DNA of 35,753 nt, from positions 1-35,753 of IMG/VR virus record IMGVR_UViG_3300020045_004812; one strand, 5' to 3'. This DNA is from a virus. Lineage: Duplodnaviria; Caudoviricetes. Position numbers and translations under genes: made by a program. The notes under the pieces are model-generated. The model searched no databases, was not told the origin of the DNA, and saw only the letters and a list, made by a program, of their open reading frames with translations. This document shows positions 1 through 8,664 of the stretch, in pieces; position 1 is the stretch's first letter; each line of letters opens with the position of its first letter.

Positions 1-2
1 AG

Positions 3-645
3 CAAGCGGTTGCGGCGGCCAAGATGAGCATGGACCCTGCCGACTGGATCAAGCCGTTCCAGTTCAACCGCCAACTGGACATTGCGCCAATCGACTGGAA
101 TACGATGGTTGGCGCCATGAAGACCGCCACGGTCGACGCCAAAAAACAGGAAGAAGCCAAGCCGGAAATAGAGACTGATCAGGCTCGCGTTCAGGAGGTC
201 AAAAATTCAATCGCCGAAGGTGAATTGATCCTGAAGAGCGGCAAGACCGTATCTGGCCGCAAGATGGATCAAGGCGAGATTGATTCGGTTCAGCGTTCGG
301 TTGATAGCGCGAGGGCGAAGATTGGCGAAAATAGTGCTGCCACCGCCGATGCCGGCGAGGAACTGACCTACAACAAGCGCAACCGCAGAACTGGCGGCCT
401 GAAGTGGGAAGACATCAAGGACAAGAACGCAGCACTGCGCGTCAAGGAAGTGGTCAAGGCCAAGGTCTATCCGAAGCTCGACTATCAGGCGCTGGTCGAT
501 GGTGGCATGCGCGACGTGGTGGCCCATATCATCAAGCAAACCTACGATGCCATCGCCTCGGCACCAAAGATGAAGCGTGGCGCCGAAGTGAGCGATGCGG
601 CGCTGCAGTCGTACATCGCTGGCGTCAATCGCGTCATGGATGCCG
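3..645 (+). CDS. Internal fragment of a large polyvalent protein (LPD5-like region); apparently not part of the phage
   Basis: The frame is open from the window edge (QAVAAAKMSMDP...). Motifs DAGEELTYNKRN and KAKVYPKLDYQALVDGG resemble LPD5-type regions. After ...GVNRVMDA the translation looks like antisense of the phage gene. Confidence 0.5.
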
Positions 646-1823
646 ACCTCATTCGGCGCGGCGGCGAGGCGCTTGTAAAACTCTTGGCGCAGCTTATCCA
701 ACTGACCGAGCGACATTTCAGCGCCAGCCTTGCGATCGACAATCGACCGAACCGCATCGGTTTGGCGGTCCACGCCCTCGACGTAATTTCCGTCAGCAAG
801 TTCGGTTTCAATCCTATCCCGCAGCCCCGTCATTTCAGCCGGGGTGAAGGTTTCGCCCGCATCATCAACAGCCTTGTAAGCCGCCGATTTTGCGGTGCGC
901 AGGCCCTCAATCGTTGGGGTTGCCTCTTTAACAGCCTTCACCGCAGGGGCGGTCACCTTCGGCGCAGCGCTTGCAACGCGCGCGGGGATAGACGATGCCC
1001 CCGCCAACTCCGGCACCGCGAATTGCGACATTCCCAGCAGTTCTTCGCCCAATCCAAGGCGGTCTTTCGTCGGCACGGCTTCGGTAGCCAGCCCCACAGC
1101 CCCAGACAGCCCCGCGCCAAGCGTGGACAGCGCAGCGCCGCCCACATCCCCAACAGCGCCTAGACCCGTCAGCACAGGACCGGGAAGGCCGCGCGTAAGC
1201 GGATCATTGGCGAGAAAGTCACGCGATGGCGATGGCCCGCCAGTCAAACCGCCCGCAAAGGATTTCGCGGCGCTCAATGGCCCTGCAACCATCGCAGCCG
1301 CAGTATCTCCGAATTGCTCTTGTGGTTGGCGAGATTGCCGCCAGTCGCGGACTGTGACCTGTGTTGCAGCAGCCTGCCGACCGGGGCCAGTTCCCAGAAC
1401 CACTTCCCCCGGCTGCGGCATGGTTTCCGGGGTAAATCGTCCAGCAAGTTCAGGGTTGAACATCTCGAACCCGGCGAAGTCGGTGGCGGATTTATGGCCC
1501 GCCTCACCAGCCAAGGCAGCCGGAGGCGCGGCGGGCATGTTCTCTGGCTGTGTGGCAAGCGAAGCAGGATCAATCGAGCGGCCCATCATGCCCGGTTGTG
1601 ATGTGGGTGCCGGGGCAGGAATAGCCGCCATCAACCGAGCCGCAGCGGCATTATCCCCAGCGGCGCGGGCGCGCTCCGCAGCAGCCTGCAACTGCGCGGG
1701 GTCATATTGCGGCGCGGCGGGTTGCAGGGTTTTAGCATAAGCGCGCAGGCGTTCAGCCGCAGGCGCATCACCCGCCGCTTCCGCCCGATCTGCCGCTGCA
1801 AGAACCTCTGCCGCCGTTGCCAT
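624..1823 (-). CDS. Ejection (DNA injection) protein, P22 gp16 position; 3' end lost at the junction near 625
   Basis: Third gene of the ejection cluster. Ala/Gly-rich with two N-terminal L.AA..A.AAGD..AA.RL repeats and an AGGA SD. Beyond ...NEVGIHDAID the ORF track reads the antisense of the foreign fragment. Confidence 0.65.
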
Positions 1824-1845
1824 TTGCTATTTTCCGTCCTATCGT
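1817..1845 (+). promoter_or_regulatory. sigma70-like promoter for a leaderless transcript
   Basis: TTGCCA-17 nt-TATCGT, then 6 nt to the ATG at 1852; no SD. Confidence 0.6.
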
Positions 1846-1851
1846 GCCGCT

Positions 1852-2115
1852 ATGGGATTGTTCGTCGTTTGGGCTGTCGGTTATGGGTATTTCCTGCTTC
1901 TGTGGTTCGCCACGGACCTAGAAACTGCGCTGTTTGGGTCCGTTTTGTGGGTGCTGATTGCTCTGAAAATCACGGTGCGGGCGCTCCGTATTTGGCGAGA
2001 TCATCCTCAACCGATCCCTGAGACGCCGGAGCCGCTGGCTGCGAACCTTGACCATCCGCCGGGGAAGCATTTGTCAGGCCACCAGCGCCAGCCGAAGCGC
2101 GAACCCCGTCAATAG
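1852..2115 (+). CDS. Small two-TM membrane protein antisense to the late operon (superinfection-exclusion candidate)
   Basis: Two hydrophobic segments in residues 1-45, its own promoter, and it fills the gap between two ejection genes. Confidence 0.6.
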   Translation: MGLFVVWAVGYGYFLLLWFATDLETALFGSVLWVLIALKITVRALRIWRDHPQPIPETPEPLAANLDHPPGKHLSGHQRQPKREPRQ

Positions 2116-3265
2116 CGACCATGCGGTTGCGCTTTTTCTGTGCGACAACTTCCTGACCATCCCCCGGCTGGGGAAAATACTGGATTTCGGCATTCTTGAA
2201 TTCTTCGGGGCTGATCACCGCGCCGCTTTCACGCCGCAAAACCGCATTAATAAAGTCGCGCTTGGCTTGGTCATATTTCTGGGCGTTTTCGCTGACCATG
2301 TAATTGCCGAGCACCGGGACGCCGCCAGCGACTTTATTCCACAGGCTGGACCCCTGATTATCGAGATCATCTAGGACCTTGTTGCTCTCAGTCATGCGAT
2401 ACATGAACCCGGTCGCCTTGCCTTCGCCCTCAGTCATCTTAAGGCCAACGGCGGGGCCATCCTGAATGACCTCGACGCTACCGTCTGCGTTTACCCTGAC
2501 CTTCTTGCCACCGCCCGCTGCGGCCTTGCCTTCGGTCTTGATGAATTCCTTGTATTCTGGCGTTCCCTTGACAAGGCCCGCTTCCTCCGCACGCCATTGC
2601 ATCGACCGCGCATCGGCTGGCAATTCTGCGTCAGCCGCCTCTCCAAACAATTCGACATTTGCCTTTTCGTCAACTGAATGCAGCAACAGGCCCAAAGTTG
2701 CCAGCGCCGCAGATGGATCGGCCTTAATGCCAGCGGCAAGTGCGCGAGAAATATCAGCCTCCTGCTTGTCGCCTGATGCCTCCGCCGCGAGGGCGCGTTC
2801 TTCCAGCATATCCAAAGCGATTTCAGGCTTTCCCGCTTTAATTGCAGCTGCGGCCTTGAATACATTAGCCGTATCCTCAGCCTTTCGCTCTGCGGTTTGG
2901 CCGTCCCACATTTTGGCCATTTCATCTGTAAGATCTGGATACTGCGCCGCGATAGCAGTAAAGTCGCTTGATGTGACCCCTCCCGCCCTAATTTTGCCAG
3001 CCAGCCCGGCTAAATCCTGCTGCATCTTTGCGGCTTGCGCCTTGGCCTCCATAGCCGCCTTTAGCGCCGCTGCCCTGTCCTGCTGCGCTTGGTCAAACAT
3101 TATATTTTCTTGACCGAACTGCGTTTGCGCGCGCTGCTCTTGCGCCTGCGCCAGCTGCATCTGCTGTTCTCCTGCCCGCTGTTGCTGGCCAAACTGCATC
3201 CCGCCGAACATGGCATCGACCGGGTTTTGAGCGTTGATTGAGTAGTTAAAGGGTTCGCCAGCCAT
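1970..3265 (-). CDS. Ejection protein, P22 gp20 position
   Basis: Gln/Ala-rich helical N-terminus and C-terminal module (RDFINAVLRRESGAVIS...YFPQPGD) typical of podophage ejection proteins. TAATG coupling to the upstream gene. Confidence 0.7.
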   Translation of the reverse strand: MAGEPFNYSINAQNPVDAMFGGMQFGQQQRAGEQQMQLAQAQEQRAQTQFGQENIMFDQAQQDRAAALKAAMEAKAQAAKMQQDLAGLAGKIRAGGVTSSDFTAIAAQYPDLTDEMAKMWDGQTAERKAEDTANVFKAAAAIKAGKPEIALDMLEERALAAEASGDKQEADISRALAAGIKADPSAALATLGLLLHSVDEKANVELFGEAADAELPADARSMQWRAEEAGLVKGTPEYKEFIKTEGKAAAGGGKKVRVNADGSVEVIQDGPAVGLKMTEGEGKATGFMYRMTESNKVLDDLDNQGSSLWNKVAGGVPVLGNYMVSENAQKYDQAKRDFINAVLRRESGAVISPEEFKNAEIQYFPQPGDGQEVVAQKKRNRMVAIDGVRASAGAGGLTNASPADGQGSQPAAPASQGSVEDDLAKYGAPAP

Positions 3266-4137
3266 TAGAATGCCCACTTCTGAAAAGCGCCGCCGCCAGC
3301 CGTCAACGGCTGCGCCAAGCCGCCTAGAGTTTGAAGGATATTTGAGCCAGCATTAGACCAAGCCTGCCCCGAAGCTAGCGCCGACCCCGCCTGAGCCTGT
3401 CCGACATTGCCAAGAGAAGAATTGACCTGCTGTCCAGCATTTTGCGCCGCAGTCCCCGTTTGCGCCGCTGCGTTTTGACCATTTGCCGCAATTCCGCCAA
3501 GGTTCGCTAGCTGCTGCTGGATCAAGGATTGCAACATTTGCGGGCGATACTGCGCAAGAGCACCTTGCGTGTCGCCCCCTCGAAGCCCACCTGTTGCCGC
3601 TGCATTAGCCAGTATTCCATATTCACCTTGCTTTGCCAGTGCTTGGAACTGCTCTCCATTTGCAACCCCGGAAATAGCGGCCTTCTGCGCGTCCGCTGCC
3701 GACATGCCTCCGGTTTTGTTGGCGTCCGCGTAGGTTTGCGCTTCCTGCATAGTGTCGAATGTCTGCCCATTCACCGAATACCGCTCTGGCGTGCCAAGTG
3801 TGCCGCCCGTAGTGGTGATGCTTCCGGGGAAGCCACGGTCATTGCCAAAATTACGAACTCCGGGCGTCCCAGCTGTCCCCGCTATTGTTTGAATGCTTGG
3901 CGCAGTCCCTCCACCACCGCCAAGACCCATCAGGTCAAGCTGCCCCTGCAATGCGCCAGTGCCTGCCGTCACATATGGCTTTAGTAACGACTGCACCAAA
4001 TCAAATTGGCGGCGCGTCTCTTCAATCTGTGCATTCGCGGATTTTGTCTGAGCACCAGCCGCTTTTTTTGCGGCGCTGGATTGGATAGCCCCCGATGCAA
4101 CTGAACCAACGATCCCAGCGACTAGCGGTCCCGGCAT
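3265..4137 (-). CDS. Ejection protein, P22 gp7-like
   Basis: Hydrophobic Gly/Ala/Ser N-terminus, LKPYVTAG and AAATGGLRGG motifs, synteny. Confidence 0.8.
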   Translation of the reverse strand: MPGPLVAGIVGSVASGAIQSSAAKKAAGAQTKSANAQIEETRRQFDLVQSLLKPYVTAGTGALQGQLDLMGLGGGGGTAPSIQTIAGTAGTPGVRNFGNDRGFPGSITTTGGTLGTPERYSVNGQTFDTMQEAQTYADANKTGGMSAADAQKAAISGVANGEQFQALAKQGEYGILANAAATGGLRGGDTQGALAQYRPQMLQSLIQQQLANLGGIAANGQNAAAQTGTAAQNAGQQVNSSLGNVGQAQAGSALASGQAWSNAGSNILQTLGGLAQPLTAGGGAFQKWAF

Positions 4138-4547
4138 GGGAATTCCTCCCGATATTGTGAAAAAGTTTCGCCATAAAGCCCAAGAGCTGCCTTTGCATCA
4201 AGCCCGCACAGGTGGCAGGCCATCGCTACGACTTCATAATACCCAGCGCGCCACATATATGATTTCTCGTCAGCCAGCCCATCAGCCTCGGCCTTGTTAG
4301 CGGCTTCCCACTTGATCAGCTGCATAACCAATACAGGCTGCAATGTTGCCATTGTATTGCGATAAAACTGGTTCATTGGCATCCGAGCAAAAATTGCCCA
4401 TGCCGCAGCCCCCGCATTGCAACCAGCATCGCCGTCATGTGCATCATCGAGCATCTGGATGACATGCCATAGGTCAAGCAGGTATTCCTGCGCTTCTGGT
4501 GGCAAGCCCAGACTGTCAAAATGTGCTTTGAGATAATCTGCGTCCAT
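4122..4547 (-). CDS. Helical protein with a DDxxD motif in the gp14 position
   Basis: 141 aa with QMLDDAHDGD; overlaps the start of the gp7-like gene. Confidence 0.75.
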   Translation of the reverse strand: MDADYLKAHFDSLGLPPEAQEYLLDLWHVIQMLDDAHDGDAGCNAGAAAWAIFARMPMNQFYRNTMATLQPVLVMQLIKWEAANKAEADGLADEKSYMWRAGYYEVVAMACHLCGLDAKAALGLYGETFSQYREEFPCRDR

Positions 4548-4598
4548 TGGTCTACCTTGTGAGGTTGCCCGCTGGGGTGCATGGATCGCAGCGCCTAA

Positions 4599-4627
4599 AT
4601 AGTAACGCGAAACATTCTATACGGCAA
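4599..4627 (-). promoter_or_regulatory. sigma70-like promoter for the ejection-protein operon
   Basis: TTGCCG-17-TACTAT on the minus strand. Confidence 0.5.
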
Positions 4628-4844
4628 CCCCAAAGGCATCAGTCCATATTGCACCATTCCACCAAATAGGCTTCCCCAGAGAGGTGTCATAAAATGCAGG
4701 CCCGATTGATGGATTTGCGGGGCGTGATGATCCAGACTGGTTGCTTGTATTTATGGATGCAGCAACATCCTCGAAAAACTTTACCGCGCGCTGATCCCCA
4801 TGGGAAATGACTGCTAGTGTATTGCGGTTTGGAATGTCTACCAT
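4617..4844 (-). CDS. Short tail needle/plug-position protein (gp26 slot)
   Basis: Follows gp10. C-terminal RP...FYDTSLGKPIWWNG..W.DA.G..V motif is seen at the ends of phage tail spikes and fibres. Confidence 0.65.
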   Translation of the reverse strand: MVDIPNRNTLAVISHGDQRAVKFFEDVAASINTSNQSGSSRPANPSIGPAFYDTSLGKPIWWNGAIWTDAFGVAV

Positions 4845-6244
4845 GCCAAGGGCTCCATTCTCGCCTCAAGCCGTGCGAATGCCAAGTGCGCGCGGCTATC
4901 GCCGCTGAACCGCTGAATTCTCCAGTTGCGGAATTCGCCCTGTCTGTCCCAAGTCAGGCGTTTGTTTCTCTCACCCTGACGCCCTGCCTTGATGTATCTT
5001 GGCTGCGACCACGCCACGCCGTCAAGACTGTATTCAGTCCCGATCACTGGATCATCGTCCGGCATTACCGACCCCGACAAGGCCACCAAATCCATTTCGT
5101 GGACCTGAACGCCGCGCCCATCGCCGTAAACGATTGGTGTTGAAAATGCCCATAATGTCAGGTCGTCATAATGCGACCCGATATCATCGGAATACTTGCC
5201 GATCAGAGATCCAAAAGGGTCAGCAACGTTCCACTGGTTATAGCACCACACCATGCCGCGCGCCCGATATCCACCGGAACCGCTTTTCAAAACAAACCAT
5301 ATTGGTTGCTGCAGAGTTGCCGACGCCATGCCGTCATAAACAAACGTCTTATCCGGCAAGTGGATATATAAAAACTCATGCCCGCGATCAGCACGGCTCT
5401 CTAAGACAACATCAGCCAGAACAGCATCGCTGTATGTTTTCAGAGCATCGTCAATGTCCCGCGTTGACAATTTAGCGGCGGTTCCAGCTGTTCCCGCCCA
5501 TACAGCAGGGGGCTGATTGTCACCCGACCCAACAAACGCCAACGCCTGCATGAATTCGCAGCACGCCCTAGACCCAACAGCCCCCTTCATGATCTGCGCG
5601 CCCTCTACCCTAGCAAATGGGAAGCCTGCATCTGGGTTTGAAATGGCGGCAAATACCTCAATTGTATAACGGTTAACCGCATAAATTTCATTGCGCAGCT
5701 TTTGCAGCGAGACAACCGGGTCTGGATTGATCTCTGATGATGCATACCGAAGCGGATTGTATGAAAATGGGTTGTTAATATCGCTGGACACAAGGCTTTC
5801 GCCATCGGTAGAAATGAAATATCCGTTGCACCATTCGATATCTAGCGAAACGCCTAAGTCAACATCCGTTACCTGTGAAAGTGTGGTGCCGTTATACATC
5901 CACACTTCACCGCCAGCATTGACGGCAAGATAGTCAAAGCTTTGCGCAAAGGTTGCATAATTTGCCCCACCTGTAGCCCCAATCGCCCCAATGATTGTAA
6001 CAGCCCCAGCAGAGCTAACCTTTATTAGATTAGGGCCGGAAACGCGATAGTGCTCATCACGCCACCGCGTGCCACCCCTGTTAACCCCGCCGCCGTCCGC
6101 AATCGTGATGATGCCCTCGGCTGGCCGTAGATACCCGCTAGATATCCCCGTGTCCTTTGGGACTGGTATCATATTCAGAGGCCACTCTGTAATGAAGTCA
6201 GCCCCCGCAGCAGCTATTCCGCTTAGGATTGGTATTTGCGCCAT
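4838..6244 (-). CDS. Packaged DNA stabilisation / tail hub protein, P22 gp10-like
   Basis: 468 aa, beta-rich, NMIPVPK..GISSGYLRPAEG start, synteny after gp4. Confidence 0.9.
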   Translation of the reverse strand: MAQIPILSGIAAAGADFITEWPLNMIPVPKDTGISSGYLRPAEGIITIADGGGVNRGGTRWRDEHYRVSGPNLIKVSSAGAVTIIGAIGATGGANYATFAQSFDYLAVNAGGEVWMYNGTTLSQVTDVDLGVSLDIEWCNGYFISTDGESLVSSDINNPFSYNPLRYASSEINPDPVVSLQKLRNEIYAVNRYTIEVFAAISNPDAGFPFARVEGAQIMKGAVGSRACCEFMQALAFVGSGDNQPPAVWAGTAGTAAKLSTRDIDDALKTYSDAVLADVVLESRADRGHEFLYIHLPDKTFVYDGMASATLQQPIWFVLKSGSGGYRARGMVWCYNQWNVADPFGSLIGKYSDDIGSHYDDLTLWAFSTPIVYGDGRGVQVHEMDLVALSGSVMPDDDPVIGTEYSLDGVAWSQPRYIKAGRQGERNKRLTWDRQGEFRNWRIQRFSGDSRAHLAFARLEARMEPLAW

Positions 6245-6708
6245 TATGCATCAATGTCCAGATCGCCGCCCGCACCTGTTTCAATCGGGGTTGAAGCCAG
6301 AGGAAGAACCGCATCCCACAGCCCAGCGCCCGCGCCGGCGTATCCCCCAAGGTATCTAGGGGAAAGTTCGGTCACATTATTCATCACGTTGTCTAGCGCT
6401 ATTTTGGCGTTGATCTTTGTATCAGCGGAAACCGTCTTGCCATATGTTGGCGCTATGCTGATTGCCAAGTTAAGATATATCGCAGACACGGCCCAATCGG
6501 GAACCTCAGTCTCTACGCCAATATCCCCAAATCCATCGCCGCCCACATAGCCGATGCGGATGTTTGTGGTAGCGCCCCAAGTTGCCATCATCGCATCAAG
6601 CCTGCGCAAGGCAGACTGATATTCCTCTGGCTGCATATCAAAGGCATATCCGCCCTTGCCAATTTCGGAAAATGCCTCTGAAACAATCTGGCGCTTTGTC
6701 CACGGCAT
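6244..6708 (-). CDS. Head-tail adaptor, P22 gp4-like
   Basis: WTKRQIV..AF.EIG, ALRRLDAMMATW and NLAISIAPTYG motifs. Confidence 0.9.
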   Translation of the reverse strand: MPWTKRQIVSEAFSEIGKGGYAFDMQPEEYQSALRRLDAMMATWGATTNIRIGYVGGDGFGDIGVETEVPDWAVSAIYLNLAISIAPTYGKTVSADTKINAKIALDNVMNNVTELSPRYLGGYAGAGAGLWDAVLPLASTPIETGAGGDLDIDA

Positions 6709-7034
6709 TAGATGCCAATCCCCGGCGTGATGATGGTGTTTCCATCAGCTGCACTGGCAAGCATCCGAATTACCTTGCCGCCAGACCCAACATGTAGCCG
6801 GACTTGCGATAGCGGGAAAAGCGGAAAGCCATTGGCAGCAGTGGGCGCTACGCCAGTTGGAATTGTTGCCTCGGCTGTGTATGGCGTCACCATGACATAA
6901 ACCGTTGCGGTGGTTGATGTATTTGCAACCGCAACCTCTTCGCAATTCAGCGGCAAGACCTGCGCAGCCGTTGCGGTTATTGCGTTTGCTGTCGAGAATG
7001 TTTTGCCCCACGCAGGCGAGAATGTTCCGTCCAT
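6708..7034 (-). CDS. Small beta-rich virion protein (decoration-like)
   Basis: 108 aa, Thr/Ala/Val-rich, AGGAG SD, lies between coat and gp4. Confidence 0.65.
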   Translation of the reverse strand: MDGTFSPAWGKTFSTANAITATAAQVLPLNCEEVAVANTSTTATVYVMVTPYTAEATIPTGVAPTAANGFPLFPLSQVRLHVGSGGKVIRMLASAADGNTIITPGIGI

Positions 7035-7049
7035 AGCGTAACTCCTTGA

Positions 7050-7076
7050 GAAAGAAGGGGCGACCTAAGCCGCCCC
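7050..7076 (-). terminator. Intrinsic terminator after the coat gene
   Basis: GGGGCGGC-TTAG-GTCGCCCC followed by TTCTTTC on the minus strand. Confidence 0.75.
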
Positions 7077-7083
7077 GTCATTG

Positions 7084-8352
7084 TTACGCTTGGTTGAAGA
7101 GCAAGATGCCGTTCATTTCTGGGTTGGAGTTTACAACCCCGAACAGAGCATCCAAAGTGTAGAGGCTTTGGAACGTGGAGTTGTCGAACTTCTTGCCCAT
7201 CACCAGCTCAATGCCCTGATCCGTGGTGGATCGGATCACATCAACGCCTTGCCCTGACGGAACATCATAACGACCCGGCATAAGCTCGATGCTGTCCTTG
7301 TGCCAGAATGGGTTGATGCTCGATACGGTAGTGTTCAGCCACACGATTGCCGCAGTTGCAGAAGTAGTGACAACTTCAACGTTCTTGTATTGCTTTTCCG
7401 CGTCGGTCGGGGTGGAGTTCGCGCCGATGATCGGGGGGCTGATAACCATAGATGTGCCGCTTGCGATGCTGATCACGCGGAAGGTTTTCAGGCGACCAGT
7501 GCTGCGCTTGGTGATGTGGTTCACGGCCTCAATGCCAGCGATTGTAAACGCCGCTCCGGGCAGCACGCCAGTGGTGGTCGATACTGTCACGGTCTGGAAG
7601 CGGTTATCAACGTTGATCTTGCCGCCAACAGCCACAGAGGTTGCCGCCGGGACATACCGAGCCTGCACGCCGTTGGTAGCAACGGTTACAGTTGCTGATG
7701 TCACAATGCTGCGGTTTGCGTAATCCATCTTCATGGTTTCAAAGCCCGCGACCAATCCAACCTTGGAACGCTCATATGCATCCTCGGATTTGGCATTGCC
7801 AAACGACCGGGTGACAGCCGCAAGGTTGCCTGCCATGCCGTTGTAGTCACGGCTAGACAGCGCAAGGTAGCGGTCGCCCATCATAACGCCCTGCTCGTTC
7901 ATCAGGCTGTCACACAGCGCCACGTTGTCGTAGGTGCCAGCGGCGGTAGCAACGGGAACAACCAGAGTGCCTTGGGCCGACGCTACGTCCATCACCGCAA
8001 TATTGATATCAGAGGCAATGCGCTGCGTTGCGGCCTTGGCAAGGCGGCTGTTTTGCAGGCCATCGCGCAGTTCCTTGGCGTTCATCGTCCACGGCACGTT
8101 CTTCTGGAAGCCCAGCGACGAAGGGACAGAAAGCTGCGTCATGTTCTGCGCCGTTACAGGGGTGCCGATAACACGGTCCTGCGAAGTTGCGATGTATGGC
8201 TGGGGACGCCAGATTGTATCCTGCGCCCGCTCCATCATGGTGCTGTCGGTGTTGAAAACGCTGATCGCTTTTGACAGGATCAGTGCGTCGTTGAAGCCTT
8301 CAAGCAGTTGGTCGAAAGCTACGCGTTCTTCTTTGGAAAATGCGTTTGGCAT
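7084..8352 (-). CDS. Major capsid protein, P22 gp5-like
   Basis: 422 aa; MPNAFSKEERVAF...TIWRPQPY; follows portal and scaffold. Confidence 0.95.
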   Translation of the reverse strand: MPNAFSKEERVAFDQLLEGFNDALILSKAISVFNTDSTMMERAQDTIWRPQPYIATSQDRVIGTPVTAQNMTQLSVPSSLGFQKNVPWTMNAKELRDGLQNSRLAKAATQRIASDINIAVMDVASAQGTLVVPVATAAGTYDNVALCDSLMNEQGVMMGDRYLALSSRDYNGMAGNLAAVTRSFGNAKSEDAYERSKVGLVAGFETMKMDYANRSIVTSATVTVATNGVQARYVPAATSVAVGGKINVDNRFQTVTVSTTTGVLPGAAFTIAGIEAVNHITKRSTGRLKTFRVISIASGTSMVISPPIIGANSTPTDAEKQYKNVEVVTTSATAAIVWLNTTVSSINPFWHKDSIELMPGRYDVPSGQGVDVIRSTTDQGIELVMGKKFDNSTFQSLYTLDALFGVVNSNPEMNGILLFNQA

Positions 8353-8360
8353 TTGTCGCT

Positions 8361-8435
8361 CCGTTATGTGCGATTGATTTCAGGGACGCAGCCAAGTCAG
8401 TGGCCGGGGCTGTTTTCAATACGCGCACATAACGG
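8361..8435 (-). promoter_or_regulatory. Structured 5' leader of the coat gene
   Basis: Perfect 12-bp inverted repeat 8361-8372/8424-8435 plus ATTGA/TCAAT; the 3' arm overlaps the GGAG SD. Confidence 0.6.
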
Positions 8436-8455
8436 GGTGCGGGGCCGTGGGGAAC

Positions 8456-8485
8456 ATAATAGCCCCCACAGCTAGGTTTCGTCAA
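8456..8485 (-). promoter_or_regulatory. sigma70-like promoter for the coat gene
   Basis: TTGACG-18-TATTAT. Confidence 0.6.
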
Positions 8486-8664
8486 GTGTAGCTGATCTCG
8501 ATGCCTTCGGATGTTTCCTTCACGGAAATGCGTGGCAGGCCATCACAAAATGCCAGCACCTCTTCTCGGTCTGGATGATCGGCAGAGATATATGTGAATT
8601 GCCGATCCCGCAAACCAGAAATACGCGATTTCAGCATGTCGAGTTTGCTGTCTTGCCACGTCAT
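8482..8664 (-). CDS. Small hypothetical protein between scaffold and coat
   Basis: 60 aa; ATGA overlap with the scaffold stop codon. Confidence 0.55.
   Translation of the reverse strand: MTWQDSKLDMLKSRISGLRDRQFTYISADHPDREEVLAFCDGLPRISVKETSEGIEISYT

Noticed and set aside
24-1163. 379-aa plus-strand ORF as a single gene
   Set aside because: Only the part up to about 645 looks coding; the rest is antisense of the gp16-like gene across the junction.
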